DNA of 64,000 bases, taken from positions 74,276,001 through 74,340,000 of the forward strand of contig OX597827.1 in the NCBI GenBank assembly GCA_951406725.2. The letters run 5' to 3'. Of the stretch, positions 26,499 to 40,726 are shown piece after piece; position 1 is the first letter of the stretch, and every line of letters starts with the position of its first letter. Below the pieces are notes generated by a model. That model saw only the letters and a list, made by a program, of their open reading frames with translations, was not told where the DNA came from and made no database searches. The position numbers and the translations under genes were made by a program. This stretch comes from Octopus vulgaris (lineage: Eukaryota).

Positions 26499-27077
26499 AT
26501 TTAGGAATGGTCATATTGCCAGTTTTGAGCCAATTTTGCTTCAGTGTTATTTATTTGTTACATTAATCTTAATCTTATTTCGGACAGAATTCTTTCGTCA
26601 CACTCCTGTGACCGCATCAAAGGTCCTTTGTTTTCTTCTTTCTTATTTGTGTCTCTCCTTACTAACCATTAGCCATTTTGTATTTCTATTGTATGTCTTC
26701 ATTTGCGCATGCTTATATCTCTATGTGCGTTTATGTTAATTTAGTGTGTGTATGTGGGGGGATGCCTGTAATATTTGTATCTTCTGTTTATATATGTTCA
26801 TGTAATTTGTATTTTGTTTTTGTTGTTTATTCTTATTTTGTTCATGTGTTTACATCCACTTATTATAATAATAAGTGGATGTAAACACATGAACAAAATA
26901 AGAATAAACAAAAACATATATAAACAGAAGATACAAATATTACAGGCATCCCCCCACATACACACACTAAATAAACATAAACGCACATAGAGATATAAGC
27001 ATGCGCAAATGAAGATATATAGTGCGTGTGTTTTTATTGGCTAAACTGGCAATATGACCATTCCTAAATACAACAAT
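26491..27077. repeat. Foldback, copy 3
   Basis: Near-identical to 7578-8160. Confidence 0.88.
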
Positions 27078-27115
27078 ATCTGTTTCAACACACGATTTCA
27101 CTTTAAAAATCTTGC

Positions 27116-27189
<74 letters not shown>

Positions 27190-27442
27190 TAGATAGATAA
27201 ATACACGTATAGGTATATGTATAAATACATCCACATACATCCATACAACATACATAAAATCGCATGCAGCCCACATATCTCAATATGGATTCACGAAGTA
27301 TTTAATGAATGTTAGTTTGGCAAATATATTGGTTATAAACCTGTATAGTTCTCATCAGGAAATAAACGGAAAGATAAAGTAAGAATCAGATGCAGAGATT
27401 TAAACATATTTTTATGAAATGTATTATAATTTCATATCATAC

Positions 27443-27577
27443 TTTGTTGACAAAAGGCGCCTCTATATCCAGCAGAACATCCGTCTGAGCATTCTCCAGT
27501 TATTCTGTTGCAGTTTTCGTCGTCGATACAATGACATGTCCCTCTACAATTCCTACCAAATCTACCAACTTCACATT
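27443..27577 (-). CDS. EGF exon B6
   Basis: AG/GT intact; CEVGRFGRNCRGTCHCIDDENCNRITGECSDGCSAGYRGAFCQQ. Confidence 0.9.
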
Positions 27578-27836
27578 CTGAAAATATTAATACAAAACAC
27601 AATAGATTAGATATTATTAGCTCCACACAATAAAAGTTATGGCTGTAAGAGCTCTCTTCTACAAATATATGTGAGATATCAAAGACATGCTTTTTTATTA
27701 CCTTATCTTAAAGCATAACTTATGAGTTAACATTGAAGTAGTCTTTGATGATAAATAAGAATGTTGACTTACACTAAGAAACTAAATCAAATGTAGAGAA
27801 TTTTAAAATGTTGGAATAAAAGGTGTTGGAAATAAC

Positions 27837-27965
27837 CTTCTTGGCAGTTGTACCCGGTGTATCCTGCATCACACACTCCTGGACATAGTCCATTTATGTG
27901 GTTACATGTTTCGGAACAATGACAGGACTTTGTGCAATTGCGACCAAATCTACCGCTGAGACATT
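27837..27965 (-). CDS. EGF exon A6
   Basis: AG/GT intact; same peptide as A1. Confidence 0.88.
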
Positions 27966-28102
27966 CTGAAATAATAAAATAAAAACGTTGGGTATGAATT
28001 GCTATTATAAGAGTTTTATGGTATCTTATAGATGACTCAGTATCCAAGATATTGTAATTTCCTTTAGCGTTAAAACACCAGATAGAGATGAATATATACT
28101 TG

Positions 28103-29744
28103 ACTACCAGTGATACTCGCCGTTGCCCGTGTTGCATTCAATTGAAGAATCTGTCTTTTCTCTTATAATTTCTGTAATGAACTGGAATATTTATGTTTCG
28201 AAATGCAGATGAGGGTTATTTGCCTCTTTACACACCCTAAAAAAATTGTATTCCTGCCACATGTATCCCATATTACTGATTTTTATGCGCATATTCTAAA
28301 ATTCCAGTCTTATTGGATTTTGCTCCTGAAAAATGAACTTCATGGAGCTCTAAAATGTGAGAGTTAAGGCCCCTGTTGGGGGTGGGTGTCTTGATGTCAA
28401 GCAGAGAAGTTGCATTGTTGAGAATCTTTTTAACTTGTGTCTTATATCTATTGTTTGAATTTCTTTGAAATTGGAAATATATGTTCACTGGGTTTGTAAA
28501 AGAGAGCAAAGCTACAGGAAACCGAAAGACGAATGATCACAATGAGCAGTCAGCTACAGTACCCTAGTCGTTACCACTCCTAATGTAGGATTCCTCACAA
28601 TCCAGGTGACAGGCACAGCCCTAAGATGCATTACGAATCTATCGCAACTGGAAGAGCGTGACCCAACTGAAATAAACATTAACAACTGTGTGACGTGAGT
28701 GCTAAGGAGAAATGAAAGTTGGAGTTTGCAAATGACCACTATAGTGATACGTAACTGGACAGAATAAATTTAGAATCTATAAATGGCTTTGAATAACCAG
28801 TCACTCATCTTAGAGGGCCTTGAAATCAATATTACCATTTGGGGACTATTTGTGTCCCAGTGATAATAAAAAGACTGAAAGGAGGTCTGCAATCAAATAA
28901 CTTTACTCAATACTTTGCAACTGAATCAGTGGAAACAAAGATGCCTTTCGATTACTTGACAATTTATGCAGCACATTGCAGAAATCACAATCTAGGTGTA
29001 TGTCAAAGCAAACTCTTACACTGTTGTACCATTGAATTACAAATAACGCTCATCTTTTATGCTCGGGTAACCCTACAGCTTCCAAGAGTACAACGACATT
29101 CGTCTTTGCTTAGATAAAATGACAAAATTGTGGGTGTTAAATCCCCATGGATGGGTCTTTCTAACTTGTAAGAAGATAAATTTTATAAATATTACTTCAT
29201 TTGTGTCTAATATCTATGGTTAAAATTTCATCAACAGCAAAAATACATGAATTGTCATTGGGGTTATAGCCCTTATGCATAGAATATAATTTCCAAATTT
29301 CGTAAAGATCCATTCAGTACTTTTGACTTAGTTTTGGATCATAAAAGAAATGACTAAGATTTAGGAGTTAAGGCCCCCATTAGGGTGTCTTAGAATCCTC
29401 ATGTGAAGAGGAAACTTTCAGAATACTTCTTGATATGTGTCAATTACCCATGGTTGAAATTTCCTCATCATCGAAAATTTATGAATTTTCGCAGGTGTTC
29501 TGCCCCCTTTAAACCATCTGAAATTCAAACCAAACATATTGCATTATACCCGCCCTTATGCATTGAATCTAAGTTTCAAATATTATAAGGACCCATACAG
29601 TAATTTTGTCCATGAAATTACAGCATTACCCTTCTCCCTAGGTTTGGATTTTGTGTTCCAAATTACATTATGATCGGTGCAGCAGTTTTCGAATGTATAA
29701 GAAATACACGAACACATATAGACATTGACTTTGATATAATAGAT
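28103..29744 (+). mobile_element. Copy of the DINE/HINE-like insertion
   Basis: Near-identical to 23353-24995. Confidence 0.5.
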
Positions 29745-29999
29745 ATGAATGTGCACATATACATACATGTATACATACATATATATTTGATTGATTTCTT
29801 TCAGTTTCTGTCTACATAATCCACTGGCAAGGCTTTGGTTGGTCTGAGGCTATAGAAGACAGATGCCAAGTCACCACAGTGGGACTGAACCTAGGACCAT
29901 GTGTTTTGGAACGAAGTTTGTTACCACACAGCCACACCTGCACCTATGTATGTGTGTGTCTTTATGTGTATATGGGTATATATATGTATGCCTGTATAT

Positions 30000-30163
30000 A
30001 AAAGTACAGTTCCCCAAATTCCTGCAGAGCTTAAGGACAACCTTGAGAACCCTGTTTCCACAAAAAACTGTTTGCCGGAACTGCACAAAACCGCATTTCA
30101 CGGGAGGGCTACCACTACTTTCAGAAAACCACTACTTTCAAGAAAATCGTCGCAATGCATTTA
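30000..30163 (+). mobile_element. Tc1 stub (unit 7); the rest is deleted into the downstream TA microsatellite
   Basis: Matches 11050-11213, then runs directly into (TA)n. Confidence 0.8.
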
Positions 30164-30184
30164 TATATATATACATACACATAT

Positions 30185-30222
<38 letters not shown>

Positions 30223-30233
30223 CATACACATAT

Positions 30234-30963
<730 letters not shown>

Positions 30964-30985
30964 ATCTGTTTCAACGCACGATTTC

Positions 30986-31062
<77 letters not shown>

Positions 31063-31316
31063 GTATATAGATAAATACATGTATAGGTATATGTATAAAT
31101 ACATCCACATACATCCATACAACATACATAAAATCGCATGCAACCCACATATCTCAATATGGATTCACGAAGTATTTAATGAATGTTAGTTTGGCAAATA
31201 TATTGGTTATAAACCTGTATAGTTCTCTTCAGGAAATAAACGGAAAGTTAGAGTAAGAATCAGATGCAGATATTAAACCATAATGTTATAAAATATGTTT
31301 TAGTTTTATATCATAC

Positions 31317-31451
31317 TTTGTTGACAAAAGTCGCCTGTATATCCAGCAGAACATCCATCTGAGCATTTTCCAGTTATTCTGTCGCAGCTTTCGTCGTCGA
31401 TACAATGACATGTCCCTCTACAATTCCTACCAAATCTACCAACTTCACATT
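31317..31451 (-). CDS. EGF exon B7
   Basis: AG/GT intact; CEVGRFGRNCRGTCHCIDDESCDRITGKCSDGCSAGYTGDFCQQ. Confidence 0.9.
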
Positions 31452-31710
31452 CTGAAAATATTAATACAAAACACAATAGATTAGATATTATTAGCTCCAC
31501 ACAATAAAAGTTATGGCTGTGGGAGCTCTCTTCTACAAATATATGTAAGATATCAAAGACACGCTTTTTTATTACCTTATCTTAAAGCATAACTCATGAG
31601 TTAACATTGAAGTAGTTTTTGATGATAAATAGGAAAGTTGATTTACGCTAAGAAACTAAATGAAATGTAGAGAATTTTAAAATGTTGGAATAAAAGGTGT
31701 TGGAAATAAC

Positions 31711-31839
31711 CTTCTTGGCAGTTGTACTCGGTGTATCCTGCATCACACACTCCTGGACATAGTCCATTTATGTGGTTACATGTTTCGGAACAATGACAGG
31801 ACTTTGTGCAATTGCGACCAAATCTACCGCTGAGACATT
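31711..31839 (-). CDS. EGF exon A7 (not in the ORF track)
   Basis: AG/GT intact, 129 bp; as A1 but a conserved Gly is changed to Glu (GYTEYNC). Confidence 0.8.
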
Positions 31840-32213
31840 CTGAAATAATAAAATAAAAACGTTAGCCATAAATTGCTATTATAAGAGTTTTATGATATAG
31901 TATGGATGACTTAATATGCTAGATATTGTTATATATTTTAGCATTACAGACCCTAGATAGAGATGAATATATACTTGATTCCTCATTGTATTTCCACGTG
32001 GATCAATGAAATGTCACTACAGATAATAAGATGAAAGTATTCGGGTAAAATAAAATTCCATGAAATATCAAATATAGATAATTATAAAGAATCACGAGCT
32101 GAACACGACTTCTTTCAGCAACTTTTTCATACGTCGCCCTCTGTATATCAGAAATGGTGTTCAATGGTGATAGATTTATTAATGAATGACAGTTTGGTAA
32201 GTAGCTTGCTTCC

Positions 32214-33436
32214 GGTTCCGGTCGTTAGTTGTTCTTCACTCGCCTGTTGAAGTCGCCACGTTGGTTTGCAGCTGGCGAAAATTAAAAGACACTCTACTGT
32301 AAGGTAAGACTTTTTGCTTCTTGAGTCCAGTAGGATTTGTTGCTTGTAGGCTTTATATTTTGTACTAGCACGGAGGCGAGATGGATCGAGGAGACCATCC
32401 GGCGAGGCCTGGGGGATAGCGGGCCCAGGCTATTGAGTGTAGAGATTACTCCCGCGGTCGACTAGGAGGGGTCAAAGGCAACTTTGACCCTGTGGACCCC
32501 GGTGGCCGTGGGAGATATGATATTCCCAGAATTCCTAAAAATGGCCGGGTACAGGAACCCGGTATTACTCGAGGGACGCCCTCCCCCCGAGTGTCACCTG
32601 TGCATGGAGCCTGGCCATATCAAAAGGAACTGTCCCGGGGGCCGTGGTGGTGCCCTGGAGCATGAGAAAGAAAAGTGTCCGCGGCCCCCTTATTGGAGGG
32701 GGAGACGGTAGAAGTCGTGGTGGAAGTTGCCTCCACGAAAGGAAAAAGAAAGGTGAGCAACAATGGTTGCTCACCAAAGAATGTTCAAGCGGCGGAGGAG
32801 GGTTGCGACCCTCCGCGTCTGTCGACGCAGCCCCCTACACCCGCAACCTCAAAAAGAAAGAGAAAAAGAGGAGCAGAGGACGGTCTGCGGATGTTCCTGG
32901 GCCGCCGACGGAGCCACCTGCGGATAGGACTCCGTCAGTGGGAAGTGTGCCACTGACGGAGCAGTGTGAAGTCCCTTCCTGTGAAGAGGAGGGGTTTGTC
33001 CTCCTTTACCACGAGGGAGGGACGGTGAGTAAATTTTTGGACGGCTTGGGTGACCGAGAACGTGTGTACTCGGTCTACTCAAGTAGTCCGATATGGCATC
33101 CGCAGGTGGCTGAGGAGGCAGTTACTGAATAAATTTTGTCAAATGTCACAGCGACCTTTGACAAGAAAGAATTTGCTTTCCTCTTTGCAGGCCCCGACTT
33201 ATCGATGCAGAGTTGTCTGCAGTCGGGAAGTCACTTAGCTTGGGGGACCTGAAAAAGAGAATTGTAAGAAAATTATATATTGTTGTAAAGAAACTTTGTA
33301 TTCGAGGGTTTATCGGTCGGTGGGCGCCAACATCCCTCCCATCCGCATTATTTCGTTCCATTTCATCTCATCCTGTCTATGTCCAGCCCACAAGCTTCTA
33401 TCTGTGTACTGCCCTTGTGGCAAATTATATGAAATA
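32214..33436 (+). mobile_element. Tx1/L1-like insertion, copy 2
   Basis: Same CCHC knuckle and TSD (32199-32213 / 33437-33451); frameshifted relative to copy 1. Confidence 0.72.
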
Positions 33437-33622
33437 AAGAAGCTTGCTTCCCAACCATATAGATCCGGGTTTAATCCCACTGCGTTGTTCATTGGGCGTC
33501 TGTCTTTTACTATAGCGTCGGGCTGACCAAAGCCTTGTTAGCAGATTTGGTCGGCGGAAACTGAAAGAAGGCAGTCGGATGCATATATATACACACACAC
33601 ACACATAAGTATATACATATAT

Positions 33623-33669
<47 letters not shown>

Positions 33670-33858
33670 AGGAGGTGAATGAATTATCTTAGTATGGATA
33701 ATTCGGTTAACCGATACCTGGGTAGCAAATTCACTTCAGAAAACACGGTTGAAGCTACATGCCAAATGCAGAAATCCCGTGATCTCGTGTGGAAATTTGT
33801 GTGTTTTTTTTAACTATGAATAAATGAAAGAATGAAGTCGAACGACGATTTAACAAAA

Positions 33859-33957
33859 TTCCTTTACTCTCGACACATGATTCGATGGCTGCATATTCTT
33901 AATTCCGAAGGAATAAAGGGTGCATTATGCCGCCATCTCATCAGGAAAGACAAGGAA
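33859..33957 (-). ncRNA. Hammerhead motif with core mutation GAAA>GAAU
   Basis: Plus strand cgacacatgAttcg (33880) versus cgacacatgTttcg in copy 1. Confidence 0.55.
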
Positions 33958-35783
33958 CTTATGTCAGCATCATGACGAACAAAAACTTTTAGATGACTGC
34001 CCACATGATGTCCACAGTAATAACGAGTGTTTCTTTAAAATATACCGTTATAAGCAATGACGTCAAAATTGGTTGGATGGAGAATGTTCTAAAAAGTTCA
34101 AGAGTTCAAATTTGGTTGGAAGGAGAAAGTTCTAGGGAGGTGATAGAGTGCAAGCTGTATTGTATGGGGATGCGTGGGTGTATGCTATTTTTAATGAGTT
34201 TAAGTGCTTGTGTGTGTGTATGTATATAACTGGATTCGTGTCTGTGTGTGTGTGTGTGTGCGTGACCGTGTGTGTAGGGGGATAAATGTCAGAAACATTT
34301 AGTAGTGAGGTGACAAATTTGTGTCTGTGTGTTCGATTGTGGGTATGATAGAGAGAGAGAGAGAGAGGTGGGGAGATGCAGAGAGAAAGAGGAAAACATA
34401 TCCCAACAAATTTAGTAGTAATTCTTCATGTACCGTAGTAGAAAAAAATTTTGTCTATGGTGGTGTTGTAGAAGTGAGACTAAATTATTAAATCAAAGAG
34501 GTTATCTATATTAATCATCATTCATATGAGTGGAAAGTATGTCTCTGCCAATGTTTGCACTTATAGGATTTTTCTATAATTGTGTTTACCAAGAGGAATT
34601 TGGAGAAAAGGATAAAGAAGAGTTCGGAATTACAAATGCCACAGAATTTCCTGCCCTTATCAAAAGGAAAGGATACAGATAATATGGACCAGTCCAGTTT
34701 GAAAGTTATATTGCTGTCCTTAAGACGCCAAACTAATTTACTTAGTCCTATACTATGTTGTTTTTTCTTATTTCGGAAAGTTGAATAATGATTGGAAATT
34801 CTCTTGGACAATCGAGAAGTTGTCGCGCCAATATCGAAGAAGACACCGGTACTGGAAGAAATCTTACACTGGTAAATGGAGTTTTTAATTTTGGAATTGC
34901 TGGACAAGAACTTTAATCTGTTAGGGTTTTCCTCCGAGATTAAAACGGAGTTTCTATTGTTCTGATTGCTGTTAATATTACTGCTATCATTGATCACTAC
35001 ACTATTTCTATTATTGTTATTATTATTAGTTGTACTATCACCGGCAATATCCCTGACAATAGAAATGCTGTCGTTGTTACCATCAACACTACCACTGTTA
35101 TAAATCCCACTAATATTATTATTAATACTAACGCTGTTACGAATGTTGCTATTATCAATACTATTTCTATCATTATTATTGTATGTTTGGTTGGAATTGG
35201 TTAGAATAGAGCTGTAACTCCCGGGTGAAGAATCTTTGTTTAGCAGCTTATTATTATGGGAGGTGATAATTTGTGAAAGATTTCTAATGTTAGAGAATGC
35301 AATCTCACCCTATGCGAATTAATAATAGAGTAATACCTAGAATCCCTGGGAAAGTTCTTAGCTATGGCTTCACGGAACTGTAAGGGAAGATTTGATTTGA
35401 TTTGCTTCCCGAAAGGTATAACAAACCAGATATAGTTTTTTGTGGATTTAGAATTGGTCATATTGTTACTGTTGACAGTAAAGGGAAAAATTCCCCTGCT
35501 GGAAATTTGGGGTTGGTTGTCTATTTCTTCCACTGGTCCGTAAATTAATTTTCTTATCTACAGGGGTGCCGACATTGTTAGAGCTGGAATCAATATTCTC
35601 ACTATTTCTATTGTTATTAGTTTTCTTATCCTGAGAAGCAATTATTGGTTTAGAACATTCTCCATCCAACCAATTTTGACGCCATTGCTTATAACGGTAT
35701 ATTTTAAAGAAACACTCGTTATTACTGTGGACATCATGTGGGCAGTCATCTAAAGGATTTGTTCGTCATGATGCTGACATAAG

Positions 35784-35882
35784 TTCCTTGTCTTTCCTGA
35801 TGAGATGGCGACATAATGCACCCTTTATTCCTTCGGAATTAAGAATATGCAGCCTTCCAAACATGTGTCGAGAGTAAAGGAA
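35784..35882 (+). ncRNA. Hammerhead motif with core mutation GAAA>CAAA
   Basis: agccttcCaaacatgtgtc (35858) versus agccttcGaaacatgtgtc in copy 1. Confidence 0.55.
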
Positions 35883-35918
35883 TTTTGTTAAATCGTCGTT
35901 CGACTCCATTCTTTCATT

Positions 35919-35971
<53 letters not shown>

Positions 35972-35976
<5 letters not shown>

Positions 35977-36111
35977 TTTATTATATAGAAGGAGCTTCTA
36001 CAGGACTAGAACTGTTTCATTCAAGAGAAATCTTCAGGAAGCTTCCTGAAGATTTCTCTTGAATGAAACAGTTCTAGTCCTGTAGAAGCTCCTTCTATAT
36101 AATAAATTAAT
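35972..36111. repeat. Perfect 140-bp palindrome with a hammerhead-like motif on each strand
   Basis: 70-bp arms centred on aag|ctt (36041/36042); GCUUC CUGAAGA UUUCUCUUGAAU GAAACAG UUCUAGUC CUGUA GAAGC at 36041-36089. Confidence 0.88.
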
Positions 36112-36173
36112 TTTACTCTGCTATGTATTGAATACCTTATTTACTGTGGTTAACCCCGAATCAACCCGGGACC

Positions 36174-36208
<35 letters not shown>

Positions 36209-36209
<1 letters not shown>

Positions 36210-36594
36210 GAGAAGGATCTGTGATGATCTGGGGTGGAGATTCATCTTGGAAATTCCCCGGCTTAATTGTTTCCCTTCATGGCAGAATTAATGGGGAAAG
36301 CCAATTAAGCAATTTATCTAATCAAATTAATCCTATGGTTGCGGAACTGTTTCCTGAAAGAAACGGAATCTTTCAGGATGATAATGCACCAATTCACACA
36401 GCTGAAGATGTTAGGGAATAGAGACGGTTTTAGCAGACGAATTGAGAATATTTTCTTTGGAATGAATTGAAACTTTGTACGAGTCCATACCTCGTAGTAT
36501 TGAAGGTGTAATTATTGCCGACGGTGGTCCTACTCCATATTAAGTTAATTTGTTTAGAATTTCAAGGTATTACCATTATTTTGTCCAACGCCTG
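36209..36594 (+). mobile_element. Tc1 remnant (unit 8)
   Basis: Copy of 17838-18223. Confidence 0.85.
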
Positions 36595-36625
36595 TATTTA
36601 TGTATACACACACAGACACACACAC

Positions 36626-36656
<31 letters not shown>

Positions 36657-36969
36657 CATGTGTGTGGGGGCTATATATATGTCTGTATTACATAGATATG
36701 TGTGTATATACATACTATATATATATATATATACACACATATATATATCATCATCATCATCATTGTTCGACCGTGGTCGAGACAATGGAATTTACCTTGC
36801 TACGCCAGACTTCACGGTCCATCATGGCATTACGGAGGTCCTGTTGCTAGATGCCAGTATCTCTGGAGATTACATCAGGGTAGGAGAGTGTGTGCCCTCT
36901 GGTATTGCGAGTAGATGGCTTCCAGAGGAGAAGAGTGGAAATTACCTCTCTTTCATTTATATATACATG

Positions 36970-37038
<69 letters not shown>

Positions 37039-37113
37039 AAGGTTGAAAAGGAATATATGTATATGTATATATGTATGTACATACATATACATATATATAT
37101 ACGTAATATTTAT

Positions 37114-37167
<54 letters not shown>

Positions 37168-37240
37168 GGCGGTGCCCCAGCATGGCCAGCTCATTAGCTG
37201 AAACTGGAAAAATCAAAATCAAATCATGTATCAAAATTAT

Positions 37241-37474
37241 AAATTAGGGTATCTACGAGATAACACCATGCTGAAAATAGCAGCCATAATCTGACTTTAA
37301 AACCACCTTAATGGAGAGAAAACAAATAGACAAGATGAAAAGCTAAAAAATTAGTAGTTTCATCTTGTCTATTTGTTTTCTGTCACTGTTGATATATGGA
37401 CAATTAAGGTGTTTTTAGAGTTAGATCATGGCTGCTATTTTCAGCATGGTGGTATCTCATAAATACCCTAATTT
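37241..37474. repeat. ~230-bp hairpin, copy 2
   Basis: Copy of 18855-19088. Confidence 0.85.
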
Positions 37475-37565
37475 TAATTTCAATTATTATTACCTTTGAA
37501 GGTTCTTTTTTCCATGCTGACCACTTAAAAAAATCGTTATTTTATTGTAAATTAACGATCTTATA

Positions 37566-37617
<52 letters not shown>

Positions 37618-37943
37618 TGTATGTATGTATGTATGTATGTATGTATGTATGTATGTATGTATATATATATATAAATAAATACATGTATATGTATATGTAT
37701 AAATACATATACATATATCCATACATGTATACAACAAGCATGAAAACGCATGACACCCATATATCTCATTATGAATTTACGAAGTATTTAATGAATCTAA
37801 GTTTGGAAAATATATTGGTTGTAAACCTGTATAGTCCCCGTCCCAATTACCACGTTAATTAAATGAAAGGAAAGATAAAGTAAGAATCTGATGCAGAGAT
37901 TTAAACATAATTTTATGAAATATATCATAGTTTCATATCATAC

Positions 37944-38078
37944 TTTGTTGACAAAAGTCGCCTCTATATCCAGCAGAACATCCATCTGAGCATTTTCCAG
38001 TTATTCTGTCGCAGTTTTCGTCGTCGATACAATGACATGTCCCTCTACAATTTCTACCAAATCTACCAACTTCACATT
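37944..38078 (-). CDS. EGF exon B8, contains RGD
   Basis: AG/GT intact; CEVGRFGRNCRGTCHCIDDENCDRITGKCSDGCSAGYRGDFCQQ. Confidence 0.9.
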
Positions 38079-38339
38079 CTGAAAATATTAATACAAAACA
38101 CAATAGATTAGATATTATTAGCTCCACACAATAAAAGTTATGGCTGTAAGAGCTCTCTTCTACAAATATATGTGAGATATCAAAGACACGCCTTTTTATT
38201 ATCTTATCTTAAAGCATAACTCATGAGTTAACGTTGAAGTAGTCTTTGATGATAAATAATAAAGTTGATTTACGCTAAGAAACACTAAATCAAATGTAGA
38301 GAATTTTAATATGCTGGAATAAAAAGTATTGGAAATAAC

Positions 38340-38378
38340 CTTCTTGGCAGTTGTATCCGGTGTATCCTGCTTCACACA
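38340..38378 (-). pseudogene. Truncated exon A8 (3' 39 bp only, no acceptor)
   Basis: CEAGYTGYNCQE|GT remains; the upstream part is replaced by SINE sequence at an 'aca' microhomology. Confidence 0.85.
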
Positions 38379-38677
38379 AAAGCGCTCAGTACACACTGTA
38401 AAGTGTTTCATGTTAATAAGAGCATCCAGCTACAGAAACCCTGCCAAAGCAGACACAGTAGCTTGGCGCAGTCCTCTGCACTCATTGGGACACTAAGAAC
38501 CTCACACCGGCTACCAACATACAGAACGGATGTCAAATGGTGATGATGATGATGAAACCTAGTCTCATTGAAATGAAGTTTTTAACATGGATATTATAGC
38601 CTACCCGTTAGTTCAATCGATTTCTGTATGTCTTCTTCAAGTCTTCTCATCTACCTTATATCTATGATGTATATATA

Positions 38678-39828
38678 CAGGGGTTGGACAAAATAATGCA
38701 AACGCCAACTATTATAGCATCAAAATTTTGAAATATCTATAAAAACCATCAAAAACTTATTTTTATATATTTTCTGATTTATTATTGTCGCATAATATGT
38801 CTTGCTAAAATTGCTGTTTCTTTTCAGTTACCATTAGAAAAAGGTAATCAAAATTCATTAATATAACAGTTCTATTGGACTTTCAAAGAGGTCGAATTGT
38901 TGGTGCTCATATGACAGTTGCTAGCATAACAAAAACAGCCGAAATGCACCCTTTGAGAAAGTGGGAAAAACCTCCTCTTCGAAATAGAACTCCGGAAGAG
39001 AACCAAAACTTTCAGATAGGGACTCCTACGCGAATTGTTAGAATGGATCACAAAAGTACAGTTCCCAAAATTACTGCAGAGTTCAATGACCATATTGGGA
39101 ACCCTGTTTCCACAAAAAACTCTTTGCAGGGAGCTGCACAAAGCCGGATTTCACGTGAGGGCTACAATCAGAAAACGACTACTTTCAAAATCAAACATCG
39201 CAAAGCGTTTAGAGTGGAGTAAAAAACTACAGAATTGGTCCTTAGAGCACCCTTTCCCTTACTTCCGACCACCGGTCGAGTATACGTCTGGAGAGAGCCA
39301 AAAGGAGCAAGAACCATTTGACCCAGACTGCTTTCTTCAAACTGTTAAACATGGAGGAATATGTGGCAGAATTAATAGTAAAGGCTATTTAACCATTTTA
39401 TCTGATCAAATTCCTTATATGGTTGCAGAAAAGTTTCCTGAGGGAAACGCAATCTTTCAGGATTATAATGCACCAATTTACACAGCTAAAGTTGTTTCTG
39501 AATGGCAGGAAAAACATTCTAGTGATGTTGAAAAATTCATCGGGTCACCACAGTCCCCAGATCTCAATATTATTGAGCATTTATTGTGCATTTTATTGAA
39601 GCATGTAAAGAGCCGATACCCTACACCATATCAATATCATCGCTACAAGAAATGGAGATTGTTTTAGCTGAAGAATAGACAAAACCTCCTTTGGAAACAA
39701 TTCAAACTTTGTACGAGTCCATACCCCGTAGACTTGAAGGTGTAATTACTACCAAAGGCGGTCCTACCCTATATTAAGATAATTTGTTTAAAATTTCAAG
39801 ATGTTTCCATTATTTTGTTCAACCCCTG
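38678..39828 (+). mobile_element. Tc1 element, both TIRs, internal deletions (unit 9)
   Basis: CAGGGGTTGGACAAAATAATG ... CATTATTTTGTTCAACCCCTG; 210-aa partial transposase ORF with IFQDYNAPIYTA and SPDLNIIEHL. Confidence 0.92.
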
Positions 39829-40198
39829 TATTTATGTATACGCACACACACACGTATATATATATATTAGTGTGTTACATAATTATGTGTGTATATACAT
39901 ATATAAATACATGTATTTACACACACACATATAAATATATATACGTAAATACATATATATGTATATGTAATAATACATACACATACATCCATACATATAT
40001 ACAACATAAATAGGAACGCATGCATCCAACATATCTCAATATGAATTCACGAAGCATTTAATGAATCTAAGTTTGGAAAATATATTGGTTATAAACCAGT
40101 ATAGTTCTCATCATGAAATAAACGGAAACATAAAGTAAGAATCAGATGCAGAGATTTAAACATAATTTTAAGAAATGTATCATAGTTTCATATCATAC

Positions 40199-40333
40199 TT
40201 TGTTGACAAGAGGATCCTGTATATCCATCAGAACATCCACCTGAGCATTCTCCAGTTATTCTGTTGCAGTTTTCGTCATCGATACAATGACATGTCCCTC
40301 TACAATTGCTACCAAATCTACCACCTACACATT
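40199..40333 (-). CDS. EGF exon B9
   Basis: tttccAG/GT intact; CVGGRFGSNCRGTCHCIDDENCNRITGECSGGCSDGYTGSSCQQ. Confidence 0.9.
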
Positions 40334-40597
40334 CTGGAAATATTAATACAAAACACAATAGATTAGATATTATTAGCTCCACACAATAAAAGTTATGTCT
40401 GTAATAGCTCTCATCTACAAATATATGAGAGATATCAATGACATGCTTTTTTATAATCTTATCTTAAAACATAACTTATGAGTTAACATTGAAGTAGTCT
40501 TTGATGATAAATAGGAAAGTTGATTTACGCTAAGAAACACTAAATACTTAACACTAAAGAATTTTAAAATGTTGGAATAAAAAGTATTGGAAATAAC

Positions 40598-40726
40598 CTT
40601 CTTGGCAGTTGTATCCGGTGTATCCTGCTTCACACACTCCTGAACACGATCCATTTATGTGGTTACATGTTGCGTTACAATGACAGGACTTTGTGCATTT
40701 GGGACCAAATTTACCATTGTGACATT
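40598..40726 (-). CDS. EGF exon A9
   Basis: AG/GT intact; CHNGKFGPKCTKSCHCNATCNHINGSCSGVCEAGYTGYNCQE. Confidence 0.88.

Larger units (their letters stand above)
33669..35920 (-). mobile_element. Penelope-like element, copy 2
   Basis: GIY-YIG ORF 34518-34997 has the same translation as copy 1; inverted terminal repeats present. Confidence 0.85.

Noticed and set aside
39035-39667. 210-aa Tc1 ORFs (also 44116 and 46789) as active or domesticated transposases
   Set aside because: No intact N-terminal HTH in frame, the first catalytic Asp region is disrupted and there is an internal deletion; similarity among copies reflects recent duplication
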